From NCBI GenBank assembly GCA_017480385.1, contig JAFVAT010000028.1:69936-133935 (forward strand): 64,000 bases of DNA, read 5' to 3'. Under the pieces are notes generated by a model, which worked only from the letters and a program-made list of their open reading frames with translations, was not told where the DNA came from and searched no databases. Positions 41,211 to 50,496 of the stretch are shown piece after piece (the stretch's first letter is position 1; every line of letters starts with the position of its first letter). The position numbers and the translations under genes were made by a program. The stretch comes from Alphaproteobacteria bacterium (GTDB taxonomy: Bacteria > Pseudomonadota > Alphaproteobacteria > CAAGCB01 > CAG-977).

Positions 41211-42554
41211 TTAAACCTCATCATTGACAGAGGGCAAGGACACGTTTTCGACATCTAATTTGCCGCCAAGGAGTTGGGGCAAGAGCGTGTCGCGAGTTTG
41301 TTCCAGCGTGCGGATTTGTTTGCTGTTTTCTATGATTTTTTCAAAAAAAGCTGAAACTAGATTTTGGAAACGAATCAATATGTTTACATCTGGTATAATG
41401 ACTTTCAATTCAGATACTTTCGTTTTATTCAAATTTTGTTGAGCAGCCCCATTAGCCGCTAATGCGTAAGTGTTTTGGTTCGCTTTTGCAAGCAGATAAA
41501 CATAATAAATAGTATGCTTGTATGGAATAAGCGCACAACAGGCTTGATTGGCTGAAACATCTATCCCTAGTAAAGTAGATTCTCCTGCTGTTGCTCCGTA
41601 CATAGCAACAACGGTTGTGTATTTTTTCCATATTTTTGCTGATGAGTTCCGCAGACCTTCTTCGGAAATTTTTTCTTTTGTATGGATTATTATAGGAAAA
41701 TTTACTTCCCCCGAAGATAACCATGGTATTGTTGGAGGATACCAATACTCTTTAATATTGCGTTTCGGCGTTCCTCCACTTTGAATATCAGAACATAAAT
41801 CTTCGATTTTCCCAAGTTTCCAGCCTTGCGGGAGGTAGTCAGGGGTGAAGGCGGAGGGAAACAGGGCGCAAAGGTCGGGGGTGATGTGGTATTTTTTGCA
41901 AATGTCTTCGGTCGGCGTGCCGGCGGCTTTGGCGCGGACGATATCGAAATCGACGAACCAAGACTGAAACACGGCTTGCGCCATTTGTTCCAACGTCTTG
42001 TTCTGTTCGCGCAACACTTCGATCTTGTCGTCCAACGCCCCCAATATCCCCGCAATCTTCCGCTGAATTTCAAGAGGTGGGAAGAGAAAAAATTCCTCTC
42101 CCAACGGAGTAGCTTCTATACGTTGTCTTCCAGATGTTCCATTCATAAGAGAAATGGCTCTTTCTCTGAAATCGGGAGAAATTGCCAAATAATACAAGAA
42201 CAAAGCATCTGAAACGCCATCTTTTTTCCGAAGGACTATAAATTCTGTTGAACCGAAGGCTATTTCTCCCTCTTCTAATATATCGACAAAAGCTGTTTTT
42301 CCATTTTCTAAGCACGGAGTTATACGCGCTAATAAAGTATCTCCTTTTTGAAATTTTGCTCCGGAAGAATAGCTTTCTTCTGTAAATCCCCCTATCTTCC
42401 GACAAAACGGAGTAAGCTTTTCCATCCCTATTTTTTTTACAATGCTACCTTTTGAGATAGATGTTTTCGGGTTTAAACAACAAAAATCTTTAATTTGAAT
42501 ATTCCGCCATTCAATCATTTTCAGATCCTGCGAATAAATCTTTTTCGAATTCAT
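41211..42554 (-). CDS. hsdS: Type I RM specificity subunit
   Basis: Two target-recognition domains separated by the conserved central helix (...ILGALDDKIEVLREQNKTLE...) and a C-terminal conserved helix (LPQLLGGKL). Confidence 0.85.
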   Translation of the reverse strand: MNSKKIYSQDLKMIEWRNIQIKDFCCLNPKTSISKGSIVKKIGMEKLTPFCRKIGGFTEESYSSGAKFQKGDTLLARITPCLENGKTAFVDILEEGEIAFGSTEFIVLRKKDGVSDALFLYYLAISPDFRERAISLMNGTSGRQRIEATPLGEEFFLFPPLEIQRKIAGILGALDDKIEVLREQNKTLEQMAQAVFQSWFVDFDIVRAKAAGTPTEDICKKYHITPDLCALFPSAFTPDYLPQGWKLGKIEDLCSDIQSGGTPKRNIKEYWYPPTIPWLSSGEVNFPIIIHTKEKISEEGLRNSSAKIWKKYTTVVAMYGATAGESTLLGIDVSANQACCALIPYKHTIYYVYLLAKANQNTYALAANGAAQQNLNKTKVSELKVIIPDVNILIRFQNLVSAFFEKIIENSKQIRTLEQTRDTLLPQLLGGKLDVENVSLPSVNDEV

Positions 42555-43047
42555 TTAATACTTTTTGATTATAAGAGTTTTTATATACGTTCATATAATT
42601 ATCAGCAAAATCAAGTGTATAATTTAACTGAAAAACTATGATTAACAATGCAAAGTGTATTGATGATACATGTAAAATATCATAATAATCATATTTAAAA
42701 TTAAATACACTTAAAAAAAACAGAAAAATCAACGAAAACAAGCATAATTTTAAAAATTTTTTATTATCTTGTATAAAGCCCTCGAACATATTATGTTTTT
42801 TCATATAAAAATTAATCTCTTTATTAGAATATGTTGCCAATAAAAAAGATTGCGAAAAAGCAAAAACAATAGAAATACATGTAATTGCATCAGAAATCAA
42901 ATCTTCCTTTAATGAAAAAAATGGGCTCAACATCAAAAAAAGGAAAAGTATAAACACCCTATACTTTTTTAAAAATTTCTTCGACCTCATAATATCCTTC
43001 CTCTTTTTCAAACTCAAAAATTTCTTTTGCAATGACACTTTCTTCAT
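42511..43047 (-). CDS. small multi-pass membrane protein (start uncertain, possibly 42990)
   Basis: Three or four hydrophobic helices; very AT-rich; overlaps both neighbours. Confidence 0.4.
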   Translation of the reverse strand: MKKVSLQKKFLSLKKRKDIMRSKKFLKKYRVFILFLFLMLSPFFSLKEDLISDAITCISIVFAFSQSFLLATYSNKEINFYMKKHNMFEGFIQDNKKFLKLCLFSLIFLFFLSVFNFKYDYYDILHVSSIHFALLIIVFQLNYTLDFADNYMNVYKNSYNQKVLNEFEKDLFAGSEND

Positions 43048-43714
43048 TAATAGAAATAAAACCGTCAGAAGTTTCTCCTTTAATGTTAAATGTTTTTATA
43101 TATGTCGGCCGCCTTAACTTCTTATATAAATTTATTATATAGTCTTCATTAAGAGGTCTTTTAAATTCCATTTTTATAGTCGTTGTTTCTGGAGGCTCTT
43201 TCTCATCTAAATCATCTCCCCAATGCGGATTTAAAAATTCATTGATGAATAAATCATTTGTAGCAGTAATAGAAACAGATTCTATTGATTTTACCTGCTT
43301 AATGAAATCATCAATGGATGTTGAAACTGCTAACAAATTACACGAAAAATTTTTATCAGAATCATGCAAAAGATTTAATATTACATTTCTTTTATTATTA
43401 TCCGAACACAAAACTCTATCTTGATAAATTACAAATATAAATTGATTTGTCATATGAATAACTTCATCTGATAAAACACTATCATCATATATTTTCAAAT
43501 TTCGATCATAGCATCTATTCGGCCATGATTTACCATAAGATACTAAAAAAACTATCTTTGTTTCATCCATCATATAACGTATTGTATATGTAACATTTTT
43601 TAGAGGGAAATCTATAATATTTTTATCTTTTAAATAATTTTCTAAAATTCGTTTTGCCGCTCCTAATAGGTCTACGCATTCAGGGATATAGTTAAACATA
43701 CGTACAGTGCTCAT
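42959..43714 (-). CDS. hypothetical protein (251 aa), hsd-embedded cargo
   Basis: Clean AT-rich ORF co-directional with the hsd array. Confidence 0.45.
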   Translation of the reverse strand: MSTVRMFNYIPECVDLLGAAKRILENYLKDKNIIDFPLKNVTYTIRYMMDETKIVFLVSYGKSWPNRCYDRNLKIYDDSVLSDEVIHMTNQFIFVIYQDRVLCSDNNKRNVILNLLHDSDKNFSCNLLAVSTSIDDFIKQVKSIESVSITATNDLFINEFLNPHWGDDLDEKEPPETTTIKMEFKRPLNEDYIINLYKKLRRPTYIKTFNIKGETSDGFISINEESVIAKEIFEFEKEEGYYEVEEIFKKV

Positions 43715-43725
43715 TTTTCATTATC

Positions 43726-43959
43726 CTAAAATTTTTCTCTTCCGTTAATTATCGTATCCAATTTATCCAAAGTATCAACCAAATTATAGGCTTCATCGTT
43801 TGATTTAAGCCAATTCAGAGAGTCCGCAATCAACAGCTTTTTGGCTTCGTCGCCGATGTCCGTCCTTGCCAATATCCGCCGGATTTTCGATTTATGAAAT
43901 TCTTTTATCAATCCGTGTAAAAGAAAAAACTTTAAATTCATTCTGTCGCCCTTTTGCAA
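43726..43959 (-). CDS. hypothetical small protein (77 aa)
   Basis: ORF 11 bp upstream of the 251-aa gene; weak support. Confidence 0.3.
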   Translation of the reverse strand: MQKGDRMNLKFFLLHGLIKEFHKSKIRRILARTDIGDEAKKLLIADSLNWLKSNDEAYNLVDTLDKLDTIINGREKF

Positions 43960-44057
43960 TTTAGAAATCCGGTTAATTATCCTATCCGATTTATTAAAAG
44001 TCGCAACCGGATTTACAGATTTTGCCCCCTTCCCTTTCGTCCGCTCCTCTCCTTTTT

Positions 44058-45362
44058 TTATTCTGAAACGCTGACAATCTGCGGCACGGCATATAACGGC
44101 AAGTCGGTTAGTTTGTTTTCCTGCTTAAATGTGGCGGCGGACAGACGGACGGCACGGTTCGGATTGAACTTTTCCATATACCATTTCAGGCTTTTCGCCC
44201 GCAGGTTTGTCGAGGCTTTGACTTCGACGGGAACGATCTCCGAACCGGTTTGAATGATGAAATCGATTTCGTTCGTGCCGCTCTCGTTCGCCCAATACGC
44301 CAAAGGCATCTCCGGCAGATTTTTCAACTCCTGCAAAACGTATTGTTCCGTCAAAGCCCCTTTGAACTCTTCAAAAATATCCGACGGCGACAACAGTGCT
44401 TTTGCATCAAGCGACGACATCGCCGATAAAAGTCCGACATCGGAAACATAGATTTTGAACGCCGTCAAATCCTGATACGCGACGAGGGGAAGATCTGGTT
44501 TCTTCACCCGATAGACTTTATAAATCAGTCCGCAGGCTTCCAACCACGTCAGCGCGTTTTCAAATTCTTTCGCCCGCGCCCCTTTCTGAATTTTGCTGTA
44601 AATGAACTTCTTGTTTTCCTTTGCCAGTTGTCCCGGAATAGACGACCAGAGCATTTTCAATTTGGGAAGTCCGTCCTTCGGAATATGCTTTGAAAAGTCG
44701 TTTTCATAGGAACGCAAAATCGCTTGTTGCAAAGAGCGCACTTCCTGATAATCCCTGTGTTCGGCAAACGCTTTGACGACTTCGGGCATACCGCCGACAT
44801 AAAAATACCGTTTGACCCAATCGATAAAAGTATCGTGTAAAGGCGTCAGAACAGCGAAATTGTTTTTTCTGATCTGCTCCAGAGCCATATCCTGCCCCAT
44901 AGCGGACAGAAATTCGTAAAAGCTCAGCGGATAGAGGTTCAAAAATTCGACTTTCCCGACCGGAAAGGACATTCCGCCGTGTAAAGCGACGCCCAACAGA
45001 CTGCCCGCCGCTATGATGTGATATTCGGGCTTTTGTTCGTAAAAGTATTTCAACGATGTCAGAGCGTTCGGACTTTCCTGAATTTCATCGAAAATAATCA
45101 GCGTGTCGTTCGGCGTGATTTTAAATCCGGCAAGGATTCCCAGACTTTCCAAAAGTCGATCCGTGTTGACGTCTTTTTCAAACAGGGCTTTCAGCTGTTC
45201 GTTTTGTTCAAAAATGAAGTAAGCGACTTTGGAAAACCGCAATCGCCCGAATTCTTGCATCAGCCACGTCTTGCCGACCTGACGCGCCCCTTGAACGATC
45301 AGAGGCTTCCGGTTTTGCTTGTCTTTCCATTCATTCAGTTGCTTTAACGCAATCCGTTCCAT
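44058..45362 (-). CDS. AAA+ ATPase of the DUF4143/AAA_14 family (second copy, distinct sequence)
   Basis: Walker A GARQVGKTWL; Walker B IIFDEIQ. Confidence 0.75.
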   Translation of the reverse strand: MERIALKQLNEWKDKQNRKPLIVQGARQVGKTWLMQEFGRLRFSKVAYFIFEQNEQLKALFEKDVNTDRLLESLGILAGFKITPNDTLIIFDEIQESPNALTSLKYFYEQKPEYHIIAAGSLLGVALHGGMSFPVGKVEFLNLYPLSFYEFLSAMGQDMALEQIRKNNFAVLTPLHDTFIDWVKRYFYVGGMPEVVKAFAEHRDYQEVRSLQQAILRSYENDFSKHIPKDGLPKLKMLWSSIPGQLAKENKKFIYSKIQKGARAKEFENALTWLEACGLIYKVYRVKKPDLPLVAYQDLTAFKIYVSDVGLLSAMSSLDAKALLSPSDIFEEFKGALTEQYVLQELKNLPEMPLAYWANESGTNEIDFIIQTGSEIVPVEVKASTNLRAKSLKWYMEKFNPNRAVRLSAATFKQENKLTDLPLYAVPQIVSVSE

Positions 45363-45503
45363 TCCGTTTTTGCTCCTGTTTTACATTTTTTCAAACGAAC
45401 TTGTGTGGATATATTACACTTTTTCAAAGGAAGTTGAAACATAAAACAACGTTTTTTCAAAGGAACTTTCGCGCTCACGCTACACTTTTTCAAAGGAACA
45501 TTA

Positions 45504-46478
45504 TCATTTTCCCGATTTTTTGCCGTTCAATATGCTGATAACGATTTGTTTCATCGTTTCCATTTCCTCCGGTTTGCTTTCAGCGATCAAAACGGTCAGC
45601 GCGAACAACGTCGCGTTATCAATCACAGGCGCACCGTTGCGATACAAAATGCCGTTCCTGTCCAGAAAATAAAGGAAGCAAGCCGCGCCGATACGTTTGT
45701 TTCCGTCCGAAAAGCCGTGATTCTTAACCACAAAATAAAGCAACATAGCGGCTTTTTCCTCTAACGCCGGATAACAATCCCGCCCGCCGAATGTCTGGTA
45801 TATCTGGTTCACGGAACTGTCGAAACTGTCGTCTTTCGGATTGGCGAAAACAGCGGAAGCGAACGCCGGTTTCATTTTGTCAATGACGGATAAAAATTCC
45901 TCTTTTGTAACGACGACCGCCGGTTTTACGGTTTTTCCTTTGGTATCAAGCGTTTTATTGTCATAGTCGTCAAGCAAATCCAATCCTGCGGCAAAATCCG
46001 CCATTAACGCGCTGAATTTTTTCGCCTCGTCCAAGTTGTCCGCCTGATGCTCAATACTGCGGTTTAACAGCCTGATCGCGTTTTGTAACTGCGCGACTTT
46101 GGATTTTTGTTCTTGTAACCGCTTTTCATTCAAAGCGTAACCGTCAACGAGGTATTTTTTCAAAACCGTACTGACCCATCGCCGAAAAGCGGAAGCCTTT
46201 GCCGAATTGGCTCTGTATCCGACCGCCAGAACAACGTCCAGACTGAAAAACTCTACGGGTCTGTCAGAATTTGGAATGTGCATTTTTTGCACATTGCTTT
46301 TTTTATCAAGTTCTTCCTGATTGAAAATATTGTTGATATGTCGGGATACGCCCGAACGGTCTATTTCAAACAGTTCGGCTATTTCATTTTTATTCAGCCA
46401 AACCGTTTCGTTTTTCCGGTCGATTTGCACATCAATGCAAGCGTATGACTCGTAAATGATTTCCAAACTGTTGCTCAT
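45504..46478 (-). CDS. RhuM-family N-terminal domain fused to Fic/Doc domain
   Basis: RhuM blocks (ETVWLNKNEIAELFEIDRSGVSRHINNIF; DVVLAVGYRANSAKASAFRRW) and Doc-type Fic motif HGFSDGNKRIG. TAAATG junction with hsdM. Confidence 0.75.
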   Translation of the reverse strand: MSNSLEIIYESYACIDVQIDRKNETVWLNKNEIAELFEIDRSGVSRHINNIFNQEELDKKSNVQKMHIPNSDRPVEFFSLDVVLAVGYRANSAKASAFRRWVSTVLKKYLVDGYALNEKRLQEQKSKVAQLQNAIRLLNRSIEHQADNLDEAKKFSALMADFAAGLDLLDDYDNKTLDTKGKTVKPAVVVTKEEFLSVIDKMKPAFASAVFANPKDDSFDSSVNQIYQTFGGRDCYPALEEKAAMLLYFVVKNHGFSDGNKRIGAACFLYFLDRNGILYRNGAPVIDNATLFALTVLIAESKPEEMETMKQIVISILNGKKSGK

Positions 46479-47990
46479 TTATACCCACCCGATTTGCGCC
46501 AGATTTGCTTTGATTTGTGCGTCGAGTTCCGCGCCTTTCGCCATTTGCGCGTTCAAGTCCGCCACCAACGCCGCCATTTTCGTTTCAAATTCTTCCCGGC
46601 TTGTCTCGGTTTCCTCTATGCCGACATAGCGTCCGGGGGTCAGGGTGTAGTCGTTCGCCGCGATCTCCGCCAAGTCCGCCGATTTGCAAAAGCCTTTGAC
46701 GTCTTTGTATTCGGGGGAGCCTTTGCGCCAGTCGTGATAGGTCTTCGTGATTTTCGCGATGTCTTCGTCCGAAAAGTCGCGGTGCGTCCTGTCCGCCATA
46801 AAGCCGACGTTGCGCGCGTCGATGAACAGCGTTTCCTTGCGTTCCCTGTTCTTGCGGATAAACCACAGGCAAGCCGGGATCTGCACGGTGAAAAACAACT
46901 GCGCGGGCAAAGCGATCATACATTCGACAAAGCCTTTTTCTATCAGCGCGCGGCGGATTTTGTCCTCTCCGCCCGTCGAAGAACTCATCGACCCGTTCGC
47001 CATAACAAAGCCCGCAACGCCCTTGTCGCTCAACTTGGACAGCATGTGCAAAATCCAGCCGTAGTTCGCGTTGCCCGCAGGCGGTACTTCAAAACCGTTC
47101 CAGCGCGGATCGTCCGTCAGTTCGCTTTCGGCGCGCCATTCTTTCAGATTGAACGGCGGATTGGCTAAAATAAAGTCGGCTTTCAGGTCTTTGTGCTGGT
47201 CTTTGGAAAAAGTGTCCGCCGGCATCGCCCCCAAGTCCGCCGAAATCCCCCTTATGGCAAGGTTCATCTTTGCCAGCTTCAATGTCGCGGAGTTCTGCTC
47301 CTGTCCGAAAATGGCGATGTCGTTCGTTTCTCCGCCGTGCGCCGCGATGAACTTCGCCGACTGAACGAACATTCCGCCCGAACCGCAGCACGGGTCATAA
47401 ACGCGCCCTTTATACGGCTCGATCATTTCGGTCAGCAGGCGGACAATGCACTTCGGCGTGTAGTATTCGCCGCCCTTTTGTCCCTGCGACGCCGCGAACT
47501 TGCCCAAGAAATACTCATACACCCGCCCGAACAGGTCGAAGTCGTGAGAATCTATTTTGATTTGATTGATGATGTCCACCAGAGCCGACAGCTTCGATAC
47601 GTCCATCGTCAGCCGCGAATAAAAATTGTCGGGCAACGCGCCTTTCAAAGCCTCGTTGTTCTTTTCGATTTCCGCCAAAGCCGTATCGATCAACAGCGGC
47701 AGATCGGGCTTTTTCGCGTTCCCGATCAGATACGACCAACGAGACGCGGGTGTCAGGTAAAAGACGTTTTCGCTCATATAAAAAACGGGATTGTCAATAT
47801 ACTTTTCGCGCCCAATCGCGATCAGTTCGGCACGGCGGGCATCAAACCGATCCCCCGCGTATTTCAAAAAGATCAATCCTAAGCAGACGTTCATATAGTC
47901 ATATGAAACAACCGTCCCCCGCAATTTGTTCGCGGAATCCCACAGCAGTTCCTCCAACGACTTTTCGGCTTTTTTGATTTGTTTGGGCAT
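46479..47990 (-). CDS. hsdM: Type I RM DNA methyltransferase subunit
   Basis: NPPF motif (ILANPPFNLKEW) and AdoMet motif DPCCGSGGMF. Start probably at MPKQIKK. Confidence 0.9.
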   Translation of the reverse strand: MPKQIKKAEKSLEELLWDSANKLRGTVVSYDYMNVCLGLIFLKYAGDRFDARRAELIAIGREKYIDNPVFYMSENVFYLTPASRWSYLIGNAKKPDLPLLIDTALAEIEKNNEALKGALPDNFYSRLTMDVSKLSALVDIINQIKIDSHDFDLFGRVYEYFLGKFAASQGQKGGEYYTPKCIVRLLTEMIEPYKGRVYDPCCGSGGMFVQSAKFIAAHGGETNDIAIFGQEQNSATLKLAKMNLAIRGISADLGAMPADTFSKDQHKDLKADFILANPPFNLKEWRAESELTDDPRWNGFEVPPAGNANYGWILHMLSKLSDKGVAGFVMANGSMSSSTGGEDKIRRALIEKGFVECMIALPAQLFFTVQIPACLWFIRKNRERKETLFIDARNVGFMADRTHRDFSDEDIAKITKTYHDWRKGSPEYKDVKGFCKSADLAEIAANDYTLTPGRYVGIEETETSREEFETKMAALVADLNAQMAKGAELDAQIKANLAQIGWV

Positions 47991-48204
47991 TGTCGATCCT
48001 CTCTCGCTTTTATCAAAAAAAAGATTAGACAAGCCCGCTTTAAAACGCAACCGGAGAATAAACGTTTTGCTTAAACGAGGACGTTTTTTGCCTTTTTGTC
48101 GGACGAAACAAAAGAAAAAGCCCCCCGGAATTGAAACCTAAAAAGCCTCTTTTTGTTGAGCGATTTGTTCCACCCGCGCATAAACTTGTGTCGCAGCGAG
48201 TGTT

Positions 48205-48757
48205 TTATGGTTCAGGAATCTTAAAACAACGGATAAATTCGCCGTTCATACATTCATAACTCGCGACCGTCCGGCGCAAATCGTGCATATGCAAATTTGA
48301 AAGTTGAGCGCGTTTTTTGATTCTGTCCCAGACTTTTCTCGGCTCTTTCAAGTGCTCCTCCGGATTTAACAGACGCGGAAACACCCACAGATTTCCGCCG
48401 GACTGCAATTTCAATTCTTCCAGCTTGATCGTCAGCTGTTCCACCAACGGCACGCACAACGAAGTCCCGTTTTTGGTTCGGGCGACATACCAAATACCCG
48501 TCTTGAAATCGACATCTTCCCATCGCATGGAAAGGACATTTCCTCGTCTTTGTCCCGTAAAAAGCAACACACAACCGAAAGCTGATCAACCAACGGAACA
48601 TGCATTGACGTGCCGTTTTTCGTTCGCGGAATATGCCAGATGTTCGTCGAGAAATGAATATCCTCCCAACGCATTGACAGGACATTTCCGCACCTCTGCC
48701 CCGTATAAAGAAGCGTAAAAACAAGACGAGATACCTTAACTCTATCCGATTATCCAA
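48205..48757 (-). pseudogene. tyrosine recombinase/integrase remnant (frame-disrupted, truncated before catalytic Tyr, contains internal tandem duplication)
   Basis: Box I-like GQRRGNVLSMRWEDVDF and HxxR-like LHMHDLRRT read in one frame. A second frame carries a diverged duplicate MRWEDIHFSTNIWHIPRTKNGTS. No intact ORF of integrase length. Confidence 0.6.
48442..48715 (-). repeat. diverged ~130-bp tandem duplication inside the integrase remnant
   Basis: 48442-48570 vs 48587-48715, about 75% identity (accaacgg.ac...gtcccgtttttggttcg.g... / ggacatttcc). Confidence 0.5.
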
Positions 48758-48994
48758 AACAAATAAGAAGCGTTGTAATTCTTCGGGCGAAAGAAAACGC
48801 TCCCGGGCTTCCAGTTTATATTTCGGAATGCCGTGTACCGGGGAAGTGACCTTTTGAGATTTTTACCGTCATTTATCTGACTTAATACCGTTTGCCTTTG
48901 CGGCTGAGAATTTGACAATTCTCCGTCGTTATCAGCTCATTTACATTCTTGGCCTCTGTCACAGACAAATTAATTCATTATGCTACTGCAACCA

Positions 48995-49702
48995 TCAAAA
49001 GCCTTTGAAATACTTTGAAATATCCATAGCAGGAACTGTACCTAATAATCGCAGCCTATCAACAAAAGCCATAAAAAAAGAAAGTAAAGAATCTTTTTCA
49101 TCTAATGATAAAATATAATTATTTTCATGCCATAGCCAACTCTTTCCTTTCACACAACACCCTATGTCGAGAAAATCTAAAGCATCATATGAACATTTCT
49201 TTTGTATCAGTCTATCCTCCCACGCTTTATTTGTCGTAAGCAACCCAGCAATAATATGAGGAGGTTCACGACCGGGCATTAATGTTCCATTACAATAAAC
49301 TGGAGCTGTTGTTCTTCTTAGTTGACGTACTGATTGCGCTTTTTGTTGTGCGTATTCAAAATTTTCCTGAGAGAGGCTTTGTTTAACTTCAAAAACGGCA
49401 TAAACACTTTCAATTGGTATATACTTAACCCCATCTTGATTAAAAATGAATGGTGAAAAATATTCATCATATATTACTATATCTATCTGATCACTTATGC
49501 TGCCATTATAATCAACGACAAAAGCTTTATTACACGAATATCTTTTGGGAAGATATTCATTAAAAAAAACTCGCCACGCTTCTTCCGTAAGATCACCTTT
49601 CGCAGGAGAATGCGTACATTGTTGCTTCATTTTTAGATACATTTGTTGTTGTAATGCACTAAACAATCCCGATACATCTATTACCATATTACCTGTTTCC
49701 AA
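48995..49702 (-). CDS. predicted PD-(D/E)xK-fold nuclease-like protein, partner of the nucleotidyltransferase
   Basis: Candidate motif: D in QIDIVIYDE followed by AVFEVKQ (D...E-x-K). 22-bp overlap with the NTase gene stop. About 28% GC. Confidence 0.45.
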   Translation of the reverse strand: METGNMVIDVSGLFSALQQQMYLKMKQQCTHSPAKGDLTEEAWRVFFNEYLPKRYSCNKAFVVDYNGSISDQIDIVIYDEYFSPFIFNQDGVKYIPIESVYAVFEVKQSLSQENFEYAQQKAQSVRQLRRTTAPVYCNGTLMPGREPPHIIAGLLTTNKAWEDRLIQKKCSYDALDFLDIGCCVKGKSWLWHENNYILSLDEKDSLLSFFMAFVDRLRLLGTVPAMDISKYFKGF

Positions 49703-50496
49703 TTGCTCGTATTAAAAAACTTTTGAGCTTGTTCAACGACCTTTTGTTTTTCATACTGTGTCATATCATTAGAAATAATGTTTGCAGAATTAAATGGATC
49801 TATCAAATTGTCCCTAAAAAAATCATTAATATAATAATTCATAATATCATGAAAGCCCTTTTCAAGACTTATATTATGACTGCAGCCATATAATGCCTTT
49901 AAAACTGATAATTCAATATTCATTGACGGAAAATCGAGTTGATGACAATCTCTCCATATTTTAATTAATTTTATGAAATTTTGTCGACCAGAATCTTGAA
50001 TATGCTTAATGTGTCCTTTTACGTTCGTTTGTGTCCAAGTACTCTGTTTTGATTTGTAAAGACTATGAAAATTAGAATTAATTTCATGTTGTCTAGCAGG
50101 TACAATATCTATATCTATTTGTCTGTATCCATTAGTCAACCCTTTAATCCCTATAGATACATTCTGCTGACGTACAGAAAAACCTTGTTGTCTCCCCAAA
50201 TTGGCTAATCTATCAAATAATGAACCATAAATATCTTTAAGCGGATCCATACAAGAACTTTTAATTGAAACAAAGAGATCAACATCAGATTTTCCTTTGA
50301 CAGCAACTCCTTTTGCGGAAGAACCTGCTATAAAAAACTCATTCAAATAGCCATTGCTCCATTGAGATATTGTGGGATAAAAAAATTTTTTTACTTCATT
50401 TCCCAATAATAAACCATCATCATTATTTTTATTATTTAATACACTTTGTAAATACATATACTTAAACTCCTCATTTTCCATTAAAAAAAACATCAA
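49681..50496 (-). CDS. minimal Pol-beta-superfamily nucleotidyltransferase (CD-NTase/SMODS-like)
   Basis: GS-x9-DhD motif IAGSSAKGVAVKGKSDVDLFVS and a downstream third-acidic strand QIDIDIVP. 271 aa. Confidence 0.55.
   Translation of the reverse strand: MMFFLMENEEFKYMYLQSVLNNKNNDDGLLLGNEVKKFFYPTISQWSNGYLNEFFIAGSSAKGVAVKGKSDVDLFVSIKSSCMDPLKDIYGSLFDRLANLGRQQGFSVRQQNVSIGIKGLTNGYRQIDIDIVPARQHEINSNFHSLYKSKQSTWTQTNVKGHIKHIQDSGRQNFIKLIKIWRDCHQLDFPSMNIELSVLKALYGCSHNISLEKGFHDIMNYYINDFFRDNLIDPFNSANIISNDMTQYEKQKVVEQAQKFFNTSNWKQVIW

Noticed and set aside
48254-48757. 167-aa ORF (MDNRIELRYLV...) across the integrase remnant
   Set aside because: This is the wrong frame relative to the recognisable integrase motifs (RWEDVDF, HDLRRT). 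It is low-complexity and Arg-rich, and treated as part of the pseudogene rather than a gene.
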